Positions 29,458 to 38,825 of a stretch of 64,000 bases of DNA are shown in pieces; positions within the stretch are counted from its first letter, which is position 1, and the number at the start of each line of letters is the position of its first letter. The translations under genes were made by a program, and so were the position numbers. The notes beneath the pieces were generated by a model. It was not told the origin of the DNA. It made no database searches and saw only the letters and a list, made by a program, of their open reading frames with translations. Source of the DNA: Gammaproteobacteria bacterium (lineage in GTDB: Bacteria; Pseudomonadota; Gammaproteobacteria; Eutrophobiales; Eutrophobiaceae). The stretch is from positions 2,464,001 through 2,528,000 of the forward strand of contig CBDCDS010000003.1 in assembly GCA_965215365.1 (NCBI GenBank), given 5' to 3'.

Positions 29458-30438
29458 TCAATATGAGACATAAACGTCGGCAAGCAGGTCCTCAGCCGTC
29501 GGCAACGGCGCCTGGCGGGCGTGTTCCAGCGCATCGTCCAGTTGCCGGATGACCTCCTCATCCACCTGTTCCAATGCCTCAGCGGTCACCAGCCCGGCAG
29601 CGACAGCCTTATCCCGGAAAATCATCAGGCAGTCTTTCTTATCACGTATCCGCTCCACCTCACCCTGGGGCCGGTAGCTGGCAGCGTCTCCTTCAAAATG
29701 ACCGTAGTAGCGGGACAGGTTGATATGTAAAAATGCCGGTCCCTTGCCGGCCCTGACATCTGCAATGACGGCGCCGGCGGTTTGGTACATCTGGAAAAAA
29801 TCATGACCATCAAGCGAGTGGGTTGCCAGTCCGAAGCCCCGCGCGCGCGCCGGCGCGTCCCCACCGATGGCCCAACTGGAAGGAGTCGCCTCGCCGTAGC
29901 CGTTGTCTTCCATGGCAAAGATCATCGGCAAATTCAGCACCTTGGCGAGATTCATGGTTTCCATGGTGGCGCCCTCGTTTAAGGCGCCGTCACCGAAGAA
30001 GGCTACAGCTACCCGATCGCTGCCGAGCACTTTCGACTTCAGCGCCGCGCCCGCGGCCAGCGGCACGCCGCCGCCGACGATACCGTTGGCACCGATCATG
30101 CCCTTACTCAGGTCAGCGAGGTGCATGGAACCGCCCTTGCCGGCGCACAGGCCGCTACGCTTGGCATAAATCTCATCCATCATGGCGACCACATCACACC
30201 CTTTGGCCAGACTGTGGCCGTGACCCCGGTGGGTGCTGGCGATATGATCCTGCTCGTTCAGGTGCAGACATATTCCCACCGCGCTGGCCTCCTGGCCGGC
30301 AGACAAGTGAATAAAGCCGGGAATCTCACCCTTGCTGTTATTCAGGTGGATGCGGTCTTCAAACTCGCGGATAGTGCGCATCGTGCGATAAGCCGCCAGC
30401 GCAGCTTCGGGCGACAGTTTAATGGCAGGGTCAGTCAT
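29458..30438 (-). CDS. acoA: TPP-dependent acetoin/2-oxoacid dehydrogenase E1 alpha
   Basis: GFIHLSAGQEA, STHRGHGH, GKGGSMH, FFGDGA..N, GHFEGD. Start taken at MTDPAI. Confidence 0.75.
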   Translation of the reverse strand: MTDPAIKLSPEAALAAYRTMRTIREFEDRIHLNNSKGEIPGFIHLSAGQEASAVGICLHLNEQDHIASTHRGHGHSLAKGCDVVAMMDEIYAKRSGLCAGKGGSMHLADLSKGMIGANGIVGGGVPLAAGAALKSKVLGSDRVAVAFFGDGALNEGATMETMNLAKVLNLPMIFAMEDNGYGEATPSSWAIGGDAPARARGFGLATHSLDGHDFFQMYQTAGAVIADVRAGKGPAFLHINLSRYYGHFEGDAASYRPQGEVERIRDKKDCLMIFRDKAVAAGLVTAEALEQVDEEVIRQLDDALEHARQAPLPTAEDLLADVYVSY

Positions 30439-30501
30439 GCTTAACAGGTTATACGGGTGCAATACAAGATATTCGGCGACGCGCGCCAAGACTTCGGACG
30501 C

Positions 30502-30530
30502 AGTATATTGTGATCATGATTTGTAGTCAA
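30502..30530 (-). promoter_or_regulatory. sigma70-type promoter with a putative operator in the spacer
   Basis: Minus strand TTGACT-17-TATACT. The spacer contains ATGATCACAA. Confidence 0.65.
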
Positions 30531-30698
30531 AGTTTTTCAGGCTGAAGATTATTTCCGATGCAACGGACAGACATGGGAAAAATTCCTGATTATTTTTTCT
30601 CTTTTCCACGTATTAGCCCACAGCCTGAAACGCTATACTATCTCATTTTCAGCGCTTCGGTCACGTAACCACCACAATTTTTCAGGAGATTTTGCTGT

Positions 30699-33143
30699 AT
30701 GAAGACACCAGCTATCGCCCTGTTCCCGTCTCTGCTTATCTTGCTTGCGCTGTCCGGCGCCGGCGCCGCGCAGGAAACGTTGGAGGAGCTCAAGGTCATC
30801 GGCGTGACGCCGGCACGTGACGGGGTGGGATTATCAGCAGACAAAATTCCCTATCGGGTGCAGTCCTCTTCGGCGGCGGATATCGACCGCTCACAGAGCC
30901 TGGATATTTCCGACTATCTGCGCCACAATCTGGCCAGCGTTACCCACAACGACGCGCAGAACAACCCCTTGCAGCCGGATATACAGTACCGCGGTTACAC
31001 CGCCTCGCCGTTGCTGGGTCTGGCGCAGGGCATGTCGGTCTATCAGAACGGCGTGCGCATCAACGGGCCGCTGGGCGACACGGTGAACTGGGACCTGCTG
31101 CCCGAATCAGCCATTTACAGCATCGACCTGAGCGGCGGCGCCAACCCCCTGTTCGGCCTGAACACGGTAGGCGGCGCGCTGTCGCTGAAAATGAAGGACG
31201 GCTTTAACAGCGAAGGCCATAGCGCTGAGGTTTACGGTGGTTCCTTCGGGCGTATCGTCACCTCGGCGGAAAGCGGCGGCAACAACGGTGCCATGGGTTA
31301 TTACGCCAATGTGAGCTATTTTGAAGAGGACGGCTGGCGCGATGAATCACCCTCCGATGCCCTCAACCTTTACGGCAGCCTGAGCTGGCGTAGCAAGCTG
31401 TCACGCCTGAACCTGAATGTGCAGCACGGCAATAGTGATCTGATCGGCAACGGCGCCATCCCCGAGGAACTGCTGGCTGATGACCGCGCTGCCATCTTTA
31501 CCGCCCCCGATGTCACTGAGAACGACCTTATCATGGTCAGCCTGGACGGCAGCCATCACTTCAACGACAGGATTAAGCTGGACTTCAACTTCTTCTACCG
31601 CGAAAACGACGGTTCCTCATTCAATGGTGACGGCAGTGAATTTGGCCTGGAGTTCGATGATGACGATATGTGGATGCTGGTCGAAGAAGACGATGATGAT
31701 GATGACAACGGCGGTCACGATGACGATGACGACGATAACGGCCATGACGATGATGACCATGACCACGGCGACGATGATCACGATGAGGAAGAAGGCGTTG
31801 CAACCTATGGCGACGGCGATCCGTCGGACCTTGACTATGTAGCTATCAACAATACCAGCAGCCGCCGCCAGCAAAGCTACGGCGCCGACTTACAGTTGAC
31901 CTTCCTGAACGAACTGATGGGCAGGGAGAACCAGTTGCTCATGGGCTTCACTTACTACCAGGGTGACAGCGCTTTCCACTCTGAAACTGAATTGGCAGGC
32001 CTGGACCCCATCACCCGCAGCACCGTGGGCTTAGGCACCGGTGTATTCGTTGAGCAGGCCAGGACTGACCTGGAAACGGAGACGGAAACCACCAGTTTCT
32101 ACTTCATGAATGCCCTGAGTCTGACGCAGCAGCTGACCCTGATCGTGTCCGGGCGTTTGAACAACACCTTGCTCGACTTGCAGGATCTGTCCGGAGAGCG
32201 TTCCGAACTGAACGGCGAACATGACTTCTTCCGCTTCAACCCGGCCGTGGGCCTGACCTTTGCGCCGGTTGACAGCCTGAACCTGTACGGTAGTTACAGC
32301 GAATCAAACCGGGCACCGACACCTGTTGAGCTGACCTGCAACGACAGTGTGTTCGAACGCGCACGGTTATTCGCCGACAACCCGGACGAGGTGGAGTTCG
32401 AATGCCGCCTGCCCAACGCGTTTCTGGCCGACCCGCCCCTGAACGATGTGGTGAGCAAGAGCTTTGAAATCGGCGTGCGCGGCGATGCTGGTATTGCCGA
32501 TTACCACTTGGGCTTTTTCCACACCACCAACCACGACGACATCTTATTCCAGACTACCGGCAGGGCCACCGGCCTGTTCGCCAACGTGAACAAGACCCGT
32601 CACCTGGGTTTTGAAGGGCAGTTGAACGGTGCCACCGACAACCTCAACTGGTTCATCGCCTACAGCTATCTGGAGGCGACCTTCGAGGATGATTTTATTG
32701 CAGTGGAGAACGAGAGCCATCCGCTGGGGGATGATATCGAGGTTGAAGCCGGCGACCGCATTCCGGGGTTGCCCAAACATACCCTGAAACTAGGCGCCGA
32801 TTATCTTTTATTTGAACGCCTCAATATCGGCTTCGATGTGGCCTGCACCTCCAACAAGGAACTGCGCGGCAATGAAGGCAACGACCGGGACCCGGATGGC
32901 TACCTGAACCCGGTATCTGGTTATACCGTAGTGAACCTGCGCGCCAGCTACGACGTGACCGACAACATCCGCATCTTCGGTCGCGTCACCAACCTGTTTG
33001 ACGAAAACTACGAGAGCTTCGGCCTGCTAGGTGAGGAACCCGACGAGGTGGATGTAGAAGAGTTTGAGGACTACGAAAGCCCGCGCTTCGTCGGCCCCGG
33101 CGCGCCGCGGGCAGGGTTTGTCGGCATCAGGCTGAGTATGTAG
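30699..33143 (+). CDS. TonB-dependent receptor, methylotroph-associated (LutH-like) family, with an Asp/His-rich insertion
   Basis: Plug QNNPLQPDIQYRGYTASPLLG..QGMSVYQNGVRIN..GDTVNWDLLP, SNRAPTPVELTC, CRLPNAFLADPPL. D/H tract at about 31656-31793. Confidence 0.85.
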   Translation: MKTPAIALFPSLLILLALSGAGAAQETLEELKVIGVTPARDGVGLSADKIPYRVQSSSAADIDRSQSLDISDYLRHNLASVTHNDAQNNPLQPDIQYRGYTASPLLGLAQGMSVYQNGVRINGPLGDTVNWDLLPESAIYSIDLSGGANPLFGLNTVGGALSLKMKDGFNSEGHSAEVYGGSFGRIVTSAESGGNNGAMGYYANVSYFEEDGWRDESPSDALNLYGSLSWRSKLSRLNLNVQHGNSDLIGNGAIPEELLADDRAAIFTAPDVTENDLIMVSLDGSHHFNDRIKLDFNFFYRENDGSSFNGDGSEFGLEFDDDDMWMLVEEDDDDDDNGGHDDDDDDNGHDDDDHDHGDDDHDEEEGVATYGDGDPSDLDYVAINNTSSRRQQSYGADLQLTFLNELMGRENQLLMGFTYYQGDSAFHSETELAGLDPITRSTVGLGTGVFVEQARTDLETETETTSFYFMNALSLTQQLTLIVSGRLNNTLLDLQDLSGERSELNGEHDFFRFNPAVGLTFAPVDSLNLYGSYSESNRAPTPVELTCNDSVFERARLFADNPDEVEFECRLPNAFLADPPLNDVVSKSFEIGVRGDAGIADYHLGFFHTTNHDDILFQTTGRATGLFANVNKTRHLGFEGQLNGATDNLNWFIAYSYLEATFEDDFIAVENESHPLGDDIEVEAGDRIPGLPKHTLKLGADYLLFERLNIGFDVACTSNKELRGNEGNDRDPDGYLNPVSGYTVVNLRASYDVTDNIRIFGRVTNLFDENYESFGLLGEEPDEVDVEEFEDYESPRFVGPGAPRAGFVGIRLSM

Positions 33144-33196
33144 TGTAGTCAAAACCCCTTCCATGTTAGACTTGCTCTTTTAAGCAAGGGAACATA

Positions 33197-33742
33197 GTGG
33201 TGGAACAGGCCTACGCAAACATCATCAAAGCAATCGACGACCCGCAGCGGGAAGGATTGATTAAAACCCCGGCGCGTGCCGCCGAAGCCATGCGCTTTTT
33301 GACTCGCGGGTACGAGCAAAAGCTCGAAGATATCATTAACCAGGCGCGTTTTGCTGCGGAAAGCCGGGAGATGGTACTGGTGCAGGACATCGAGCTCTAT
33401 TCCTTGTGCGAGCACCATATACTGCCGTTTATCGGCAAATGCCATGTGGCCTATATCCCCAACCGGTTCGTGATCGGCCTGTCCAAAGTGGCCCGCATCG
33501 TCGATATGTACGCGCGCCGCTTGCAGAAACAGGAAAGCCTGACCATGGACATTGCGCGCGCCATGAAAACGGCGACCGAGGTGGAAGATGTGGCCGTCAT
33601 CATCGAATCCAAACACTTGTGCATGATGATGCGCGGCGTACAGAAGCAGAATTCGGTGATGAAAACCTCGGCCATGCTCGGTGCCTTCAGGTCCAACGCC
33701 AGCACCCGCGCCGAACTGTTCTCCCTGCTCAACTCCACCTGA
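33197..33742 (+). CDS. folE: GTP cyclohydrolase I
   Basis: [36 protein letters not shown]. Confidence 0.95.
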   Translation: MVEQAYANIIKAIDDPQREGLIKTPARAAEAMRFLTRGYEQKLEDIINQARFAAESREMVLVQDIELYSLCEHHILPFIGKCHVAYIPNRFVIGLSKVARIVDMYARRLQKQESLTMDIARAMKTATEVEDVAVIIESKHLCMMMRGVQKQNSVMKTSAMLGAFRSNASTRAELFSLLNST

Positions 33743-33826
33743 AACGCCAGAGCGGTGGTTGGGTTTGAAAATAAGGCAACCTCTAATTTTCAGAGGTGGC
33801 CTGAAGTAAAGATGGTTTGCTCCGCG

Positions 33827-34006
33827 TTACCCGCGCGGCTGCGCCTCGCCGAGAACGGAGGTTCGAAACAGGTCTTTCAGCACGTCAACAGAACCTTCCA
33901 AACGAGCAAGACGCTCGCTCAGCTTGGCTATGTCTTTGTGAATGGACCAGAAAAAAGCCGCTAACGTAAGCCAAGCAATGACAGTGATAACAGTATCGTA
34001 TTCCAT
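33827..34006 (-). CDS. 59-aa membrane-anchored coiled-coil protein
   Basis: GGGAG RBS. MEYDTVITVIAWLTLAAFFWSIHKDIAKLSERLARLEGSVDVL. Below the ORF cutoff. Confidence 0.6.
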   Translation of the reverse strand: MEYDTVITVIAWLTLAAFFWSIHKDIAKLSERLARLEGSVDVLKDLFRTSVLGEAQPRG

Positions 34007-34200
34007 GGGGCTACTCCCGAAAAAAGTGGTTGAGTTTTTTCTCCCTTAAGTCCATGAGGGCAGTGTACTTGCTCACTACCTGACTTGTCAACCACTTTTT
34101 CATCACCCCTTTTTTCATCGCTGTTGCCAGACTGCCCCCCCCTTTTTCAAACACCAGCCGGCGCGATCTTCGCATCACCTGATGTAAAAGTATCCGGCGG

Positions 34201-35163
34201 TCACGCCTGGGCGCTGCTTGCCGAGTCTGCATAAAGTTCACGCGGCAGTGAGAACACTACGCTTTCCTGTATGCCCGGCGCTTCCGTCACATTGTCAATG
34301 CCCCAGTGCTTCAACTTTTCAACAACCTCTTCCACCAGGACTTCCGGTGCCGAGGCACCGGCGGTGACACCGATGTTGCGCTTGCCGTCCAGCCATTCAC
34401 GCCGAATTTCCGTCACGTTATCGATCAGGTAGGCCGGCACGCCTTTCTTCTGGGAGATTTCCATCAGGCGAGTGGAATTGGAACTGTTCTGCGACCCCAC
34501 CACCAGGATCAGGTCGCACTCGCCGGTTAGTTTCTTCACCGCGTCCTGGCGATTCTGCGTGGCATAGCAGATGTCCTCCTTTTTCGGGCCGACTATTTTC
34601 GGAAAGCGCCGGCGCAGGGCATCGATCACCTCTGAGGTATCATCCACGGACAAAGTGGTCTGGGTGACGAACGCAAGAAACTCCGGGTTTTTTACTTCCA
34701 TCGTTTCAACATCTTCCACCGATTCCACCAGATACATGGCGCCGTTGCCGTCTGCGGGCCGATACTGCCCTAAGGTGCCTTCCACTTCGGGATGGCCGGC
34801 ATGACCGATGAGCACACACTCCCGGCCCTCGTCCTGGTAGCGCCCCACCTCCATGTGCACCTTGGTCACCAACGGACAGATCGCATCGAACACCCGCAAC
34901 TGCCGATGGGCGGCATCGTCTCTTACCGCTTTGGAAACTCCGTGCGCGCTGAAGATGACCACCGAGTTATCCGGCACTTCATCCAGCTCATTGACAAACA
35001 CCGCGCCCTTGTCGCGCAGAGTGTCAACCACGTATTTGTTATGCACCACCTCATGGCGCACGTAAACGGGTGTGCCGAACAGATCCAACGCGCGTTCAAC
35101 AATCTCGATAGCGCGGTCTACGCCGGCACAAAAACCACGGGGGTTGGCAAGGGTAATCTGCAT
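34201..35163 (-). CDS. ispH: 4-hydroxy-3-methylbut-2-enyl diphosphate reductase
   Basis: [43 protein letters not shown]. Confidence 0.97.
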   Translation of the reverse strand: MQITLANPRGFCAGVDRAIEIVERALDLFGTPVYVRHEVVHNKYVVDTLRDKGAVFVNELDEVPDNSVVIFSAHGVSKAVRDDAAHRQLRVFDAICPLVTKVHMEVGRYQDEGRECVLIGHAGHPEVEGTLGQYRPADGNGAMYLVESVEDVETMEVKNPEFLAFVTQTTLSVDDTSEVIDALRRRFPKIVGPKKEDICYATQNRQDAVKKLTGECDLILVVGSQNSSNSTRLMEISQKKGVPAYLIDNVTEIRREWLDGKRNIGVTAGASAPEVLVEEVVEKLKHWGIDNVTEAPGIQESVVFSLPRELYADSASSAQA

Positions 35164-35195
35164 CTGGCACCTGTAGGTCAATGGGATTGACGTGA

Positions 35196-35224
35196 ATTAT
35201 ACACCTGATAGTTACTGTAAGCAA
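35196..35224 (-). promoter_or_regulatory. sigma70 promoter for ispH
   Basis: TTGCTT-17-TATAAT on the minus strand. Confidence 0.6.
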
Positions 35225-35288
35225 GCGCGCTTACGCACTCACTTTATGGTACACTGCGGGGCATCGTAACACTGCATGATTAATGACC

Positions 35289-35924
35289 ATGAGCAACACT
35301 ACTGCCAACGCCGCCAACCCGGTAACCATCACCGTGTTCCGCTGGGCCGGCGCCTGGGGTCCCTTCAAAGTCAGGATACCCTGCGGGGAGTGCGCCCTGA
35401 CCAAGGATATCATTCAGGACTGTATAAAGACCGAGCTGGCCGGTATTGATGTGAATCTGGCGCTGCACGACTGGCTGAGCGAATGGTGGAAGCCGCTGCG
35501 CCGGGGTGGCTGGCATGCCCCGATCGTGCTGGTCAACGACAAGCTTGTCTCCCAGGGCGTCGCCCTGAACCGCGGGGCGCTGACCCAGGCCGTGATTGAG
35601 GAGGCCACCGGCGCCACGCCGATCCAGGGCAACCATCTGTTCGGCAAGGCTGCCTGCCCGCATTGCGTGCGCGCCAAGACCTATCTGGAACAGGCCGGCG
35701 CCGACTATCACTATCACGATGTAGTCAAGGAGCCGCGTGCGCTGTACGAGATGCTGGGTCGGGTGAAACCCATTATCGGCCCGAAAACCCCGGTCACGGT
35801 GCCGCAGATCTGGCTGCATGGCAGCTATGTAGGCGGCGCCGACGAACTGCAACGCCTGCTTGACCTGTCCGCAGTCGAACCCAACCCGGATCGGGGGCAG
35901 TGTTCGCTATCCCCGCCTCGTTAA
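35289..35924 (+). CDS. two-domain glutaredoxin-like protein
   Basis: N domain CGEC..WHAP, C domain CPHC..TVPQIW..YVGGADEL. Confidence 0.85.
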   Translation: MSNTTANAANPVTITVFRWAGAWGPFKVRIPCGECALTKDIIQDCIKTELAGIDVNLALHDWLSEWWKPLRRGGWHAPIVLVNDKLVSQGVALNRGALTQAVIEEATGATPIQGNHLFGKAACPHCVRAKTYLEQAGADYHYHDVVKEPRALYEMLGRVKPIIGPKTPVTVPQIWLHGSYVGGADELQRLLDLSAVEPNPDRGQCSLSPPR

Positions 35925-35951
35925 AGGCGCCTCTGATTTTTACAGGTTCCT

Positions 35952-37277
35952 TTGAATTCGGGAACGGAGCTCAGCGGCGGCCTTAAACCCGGATTAGCGT
36001 CACAACATCTGGTTGACAAGTGCGGGCTGGCCTGCCTGTGCGGCTATGCCCTGCTGGCGTGGTATTCACGAGGAACCGTGCTGGCGCCGGAATTACCGGG
36101 TTTTTTCCTGTTGCTGGCCTGGGTTTCACTGCCGCTGCTGTTCTTGTTTGCCTGCTGCCACCGGCAACCGGCAGCGCTGCCTGTCGGGCGACTGATCTTC
36201 TGGGCCGCTCTGTTTCGCGCCTGCGGACTGTTTGGCGTGCCGCTGTTTGAGGACGACTGGTTCCGCTACCTGTGGGACGGCTACCGCTTTGCCGAGACCG
36301 GCACACCTTATGGTTGGGCGCCGGCGGCTTCCTTCAGCGACCCCGAGGTGCCGCCGGAATTTCAGCGCATCCTCGATCAGGTCAACTATCCCGATCTGCC
36401 GACCATTTACGGGCCAGTCAGCCAGTATGTGTTTCTGTTGAGTTATTACCTTAAAGCCGCCAGTCTGGCGCCGCTGCAACTGCTCTTCATCGGCTTTGAC
36501 CTGCTCCTCATCCGGCTGTTACTCAGCGCGGCGCCGGCCGGCTACGTGTTGCTGTACGCCTGGTGCCCGCTGGTCGTCAAGGAAATCGCGTTTACCGCCC
36601 ACCCCGATGGCATGGGCGCGTGCTTGTTGATCGCTGCGGTGTTGTTGCGCCGCCGTGACCATTGTCAGGGCGCTGCGCTCTGTCTGGCGCTGGCTGCCGG
36701 CACCAAACCGCTGGCGCTGCTGGCGGCGCCGTGGGTGCTGGCCGGCGCCGGTTGGCGCGCCACCGTGACGTTCGGCGTCACGCTGGCGCTGTTGTACCTG
36801 CCGTTCCTGCTGCAGGGCAGCTCGGATGCGGCGTCGCTGCTGGTATTTGCGCGCAACTGGGAATTCAACTCGGCCCTGTATGGCGCGCTCAGCAGCTGGC
36901 TGCCCGCTGACGATGTGAGATTGTTATTGGGACTGGCGCTGTTGGCGCTGGGCTGGGCCTACTGGCGCTATTACCACCGCAACTCGCCCGGAGCGATACC
37001 CAGAGGTGACTGGATTTATGGTCTGTTTCTGTTTTGTGCGCCGGTCATCAACCCCTGGTACAGCCTGTGGCTGTTGCCGTTTGCGGTCATCTACCCGAGT
37101 TTTTGGGCCTGGACCGCAGCCTGGGCGCTACTGCTTGCCTATATTACCCATCTCAACCTGGGCCAGCTTGAGCTGGACCTGTTTGCCCATCCGGCCTGGG
37201 TGCGCCCGCTTGAATTCGGCTTGATACTGCTGGCCTTGTGTGTGGACGGTTGGCGGGGTTCGAGACGTCGCACTTGA
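35952..37277 (+). CDS. GT-C fold membrane glycosyltransferase (GT87-like)
   Basis: EDDWFRYLWDG, VNYPDLPTIYGP, YAWCPLVVKE..AHPD, WEFNS, PVINPWY. Start uncertain. Confidence 0.8.
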   Translation: MNSGTELSGGLKPGLASQHLVDKCGLACLCGYALLAWYSRGTVLAPELPGFFLLLAWVSLPLLFLFACCHRQPAALPVGRLIFWAALFRACGLFGVPLFEDDWFRYLWDGYRFAETGTPYGWAPAASFSDPEVPPEFQRILDQVNYPDLPTIYGPVSQYVFLLSYYLKAASLAPLQLLFIGFDLLLIRLLLSAAPAGYVLLYAWCPLVVKEIAFTAHPDGMGACLLIAAVLLRRRDHCQGAALCLALAAGTKPLALLAAPWVLAGAGWRATVTFGVTLALLYLPFLLQGSSDAASLLVFARNWEFNSALYGALSSWLPADDVRLLLGLALLALGWAYWRYYHRNSPGAIPRGDWIYGLFLFCAPVINPWYSLWLLPFAVIYPSFWAWTAAWALLLAYITHLNLGQLELDLFAHPAWVRPLEFGLILLALCVDGWRGSRRRT

Positions 37278-37324
37278 CACCAGTGCGCGGGTTCGCTACG
37301 CTTACCTGGGTTTTACTCATCCCT

Positions 37325-37444
37325 CGTTCGTCATTCCCGCGAAAGCGGGAATCCAGTGGAAAAAATCCCGAAGGGACACTTTATAAGGTGTCGCAAGCGA
37401 CTGTTTGATCGACTGGATTCCTGCATTCGCAGGAATGACGAACG
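37325..37444. repeat. REPIN-like inverted doublet of CGTCATTCCCGCGAAAGCGGGAATCCAG
   Basis: 33-bp arms at 37325-37357 and 37412-37444, each arm self-palindromic. Confidence 0.8.
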
Positions 37445-37480
37445 GCGAGGCGAATAGTTGTCCGTAACGTTTATTATGAG

Positions 37481-37906
37481 ATGAAGAGAATGATCAAATT
37501 TATCCCCGCAATCAACCAACCACTGCGTGTGTTTACCTGGTCGCTAGTCTGCGCGCTGGCGCTGGCGCCCACTGTGATCGCCTCCGGCTCCATCAGCGCC
37601 GGCAACAGCGGCAGCGTAAGCCAGTTCGGTAACCTCTACAAGCAAGGCAAAATTGCGTTCTTCAAAAAGGTCGCATGCAGCCGTGCGGACTGTCCCGTCA
37701 AGCGTGACCAGCTCAGCGGCAGCCTGGCCGGCAGCCTGGTGGAGAGCCTGCGCACTCGTGCCGAACTAAAACTGGAAACCTCGGAAACTGATGCCATTAT
37801 CAGCGTGCTGTGCCCGGGCGAAAACGCCGGCGATTGCGCCGGGCGCCCGGACGAGCAGGAAATGGTGCAGTACTACCTGACCCGACGTTTTAACATCAAC
37901 AGTTGA
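37481..37906 (+). CDS. secreted Cys-containing hypothetical protein
   Basis: Signal-like N-terminus; YKQGK..KKVACSRADCP..YYLTRRF. Confidence 0.65.
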   Translation: MKRMIKFIPAINQPLRVFTWSLVCALALAPTVIASGSISAGNSGSVSQFGNLYKQGKIAFFKKVACSRADCPVKRDQLSGSLAGSLVESLRTRAELKLETSETDAIISVLCPGENAGDCAGRPDEQEMVQYYLTRRFNINS

Positions 37907-37926
37907 CGCACCCTGAGGAACCCCCA

Positions 37927-38775
37927 ATGCGCTATCTACTCATTTTGTTGTTTTTCACTGCCGGCGCCACCCCGGCCCAGGCTCAGGGCACACCCTGGTT
38001 GCCGATCCCCAAATCCGGTTCTGCCAGTATTTCCTACGTCTATCAGGATGCGGAAAAATTCTACCGCGGCAAGAACAAGGTACAACTGCCGTTCCAGGGT
38101 ATTGAACAGAGCACCGCGCTCATTTCCCTGAACTATGGTCTCACCGATGCGCTGGCCTTCGATGTGCAGGGCGGCCATTCTGACGTGAACCGCGACATCG
38201 GCCCTGGCGACAGCGGCATGATGGACACCACCTTCGGGCTGACCTGGCGCGTGCTCGATGAAGAAATCAGCGAAGCCGGGGCACCCAGCGTTGCCATACG
38301 GGTCGCCGGCATCATCGCCGGCGATTATGAGACCGGATTTCCCCACGCCATTGGCGACGGCGGCGACGGCTTTGAGGCATCGCTGCTGGCCGGTAAAATT
38401 TTCGATAACCGCTTTGCCCTGTCCGGCGAGCTGGGCCGGCGCGAACGCAGCAACAAGATACCGGGTGAGACCTTCCTGAATATCTCTGCCTACTTCATTC
38501 CCGCGCCGCGGCTGATCTTGCAGGCGCAGTACCATAAGACCATGGCGGATGGTGACCTAGATATCGGCGGCCCCGGCTTCAGCCCGGCCCGGTTCCCGGA
38601 AACCGATGAAGATGTGGACCGTATTGCGCTGGGAGGCGCCTTCAGCCTGACCGATCATATCAGCCTGGGCTTTAACTGGTTCAGCGTTCTGGACGGGCGT
38701 AATACCGCCGATTTCGAAGCGTTCATGGGCACCGCATCGGTCAACTTCGACCTTTACAAGCTGGGCGCAAAGTAA
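37927..38775 (+). CDS. outer-membrane beta-barrel-like (transporter-type) protein
   Basis: Signal peptide (AQA) and alternating amphipathic strands (YGLTDAL, DTTFGLTWRV). Confidence 0.65.
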   Translation: MRYLLILLFFTAGATPAQAQGTPWLPIPKSGSASISYVYQDAEKFYRGKNKVQLPFQGIEQSTALISLNYGLTDALAFDVQGGHSDVNRDIGPGDSGMMDTTFGLTWRVLDEEISEAGAPSVAIRVAGIIAGDYETGFPHAIGDGGDGFEASLLAGKIFDNRFALSGELGRRERSNKIPGETFLNISAYFIPAPRLILQAQYHKTMADGDLDIGGPGFSPARFPETDEDVDRIALGGAFSLTDHISLGFNWFSVLDGRNTADFEAFMGTASVNFDLYKLGAK

Positions 38776-38825
38776 CCGCCACGACTACGCTGGCGGGAGG
38801 CTGCGAGCAGCGGCTACAAACCTCC

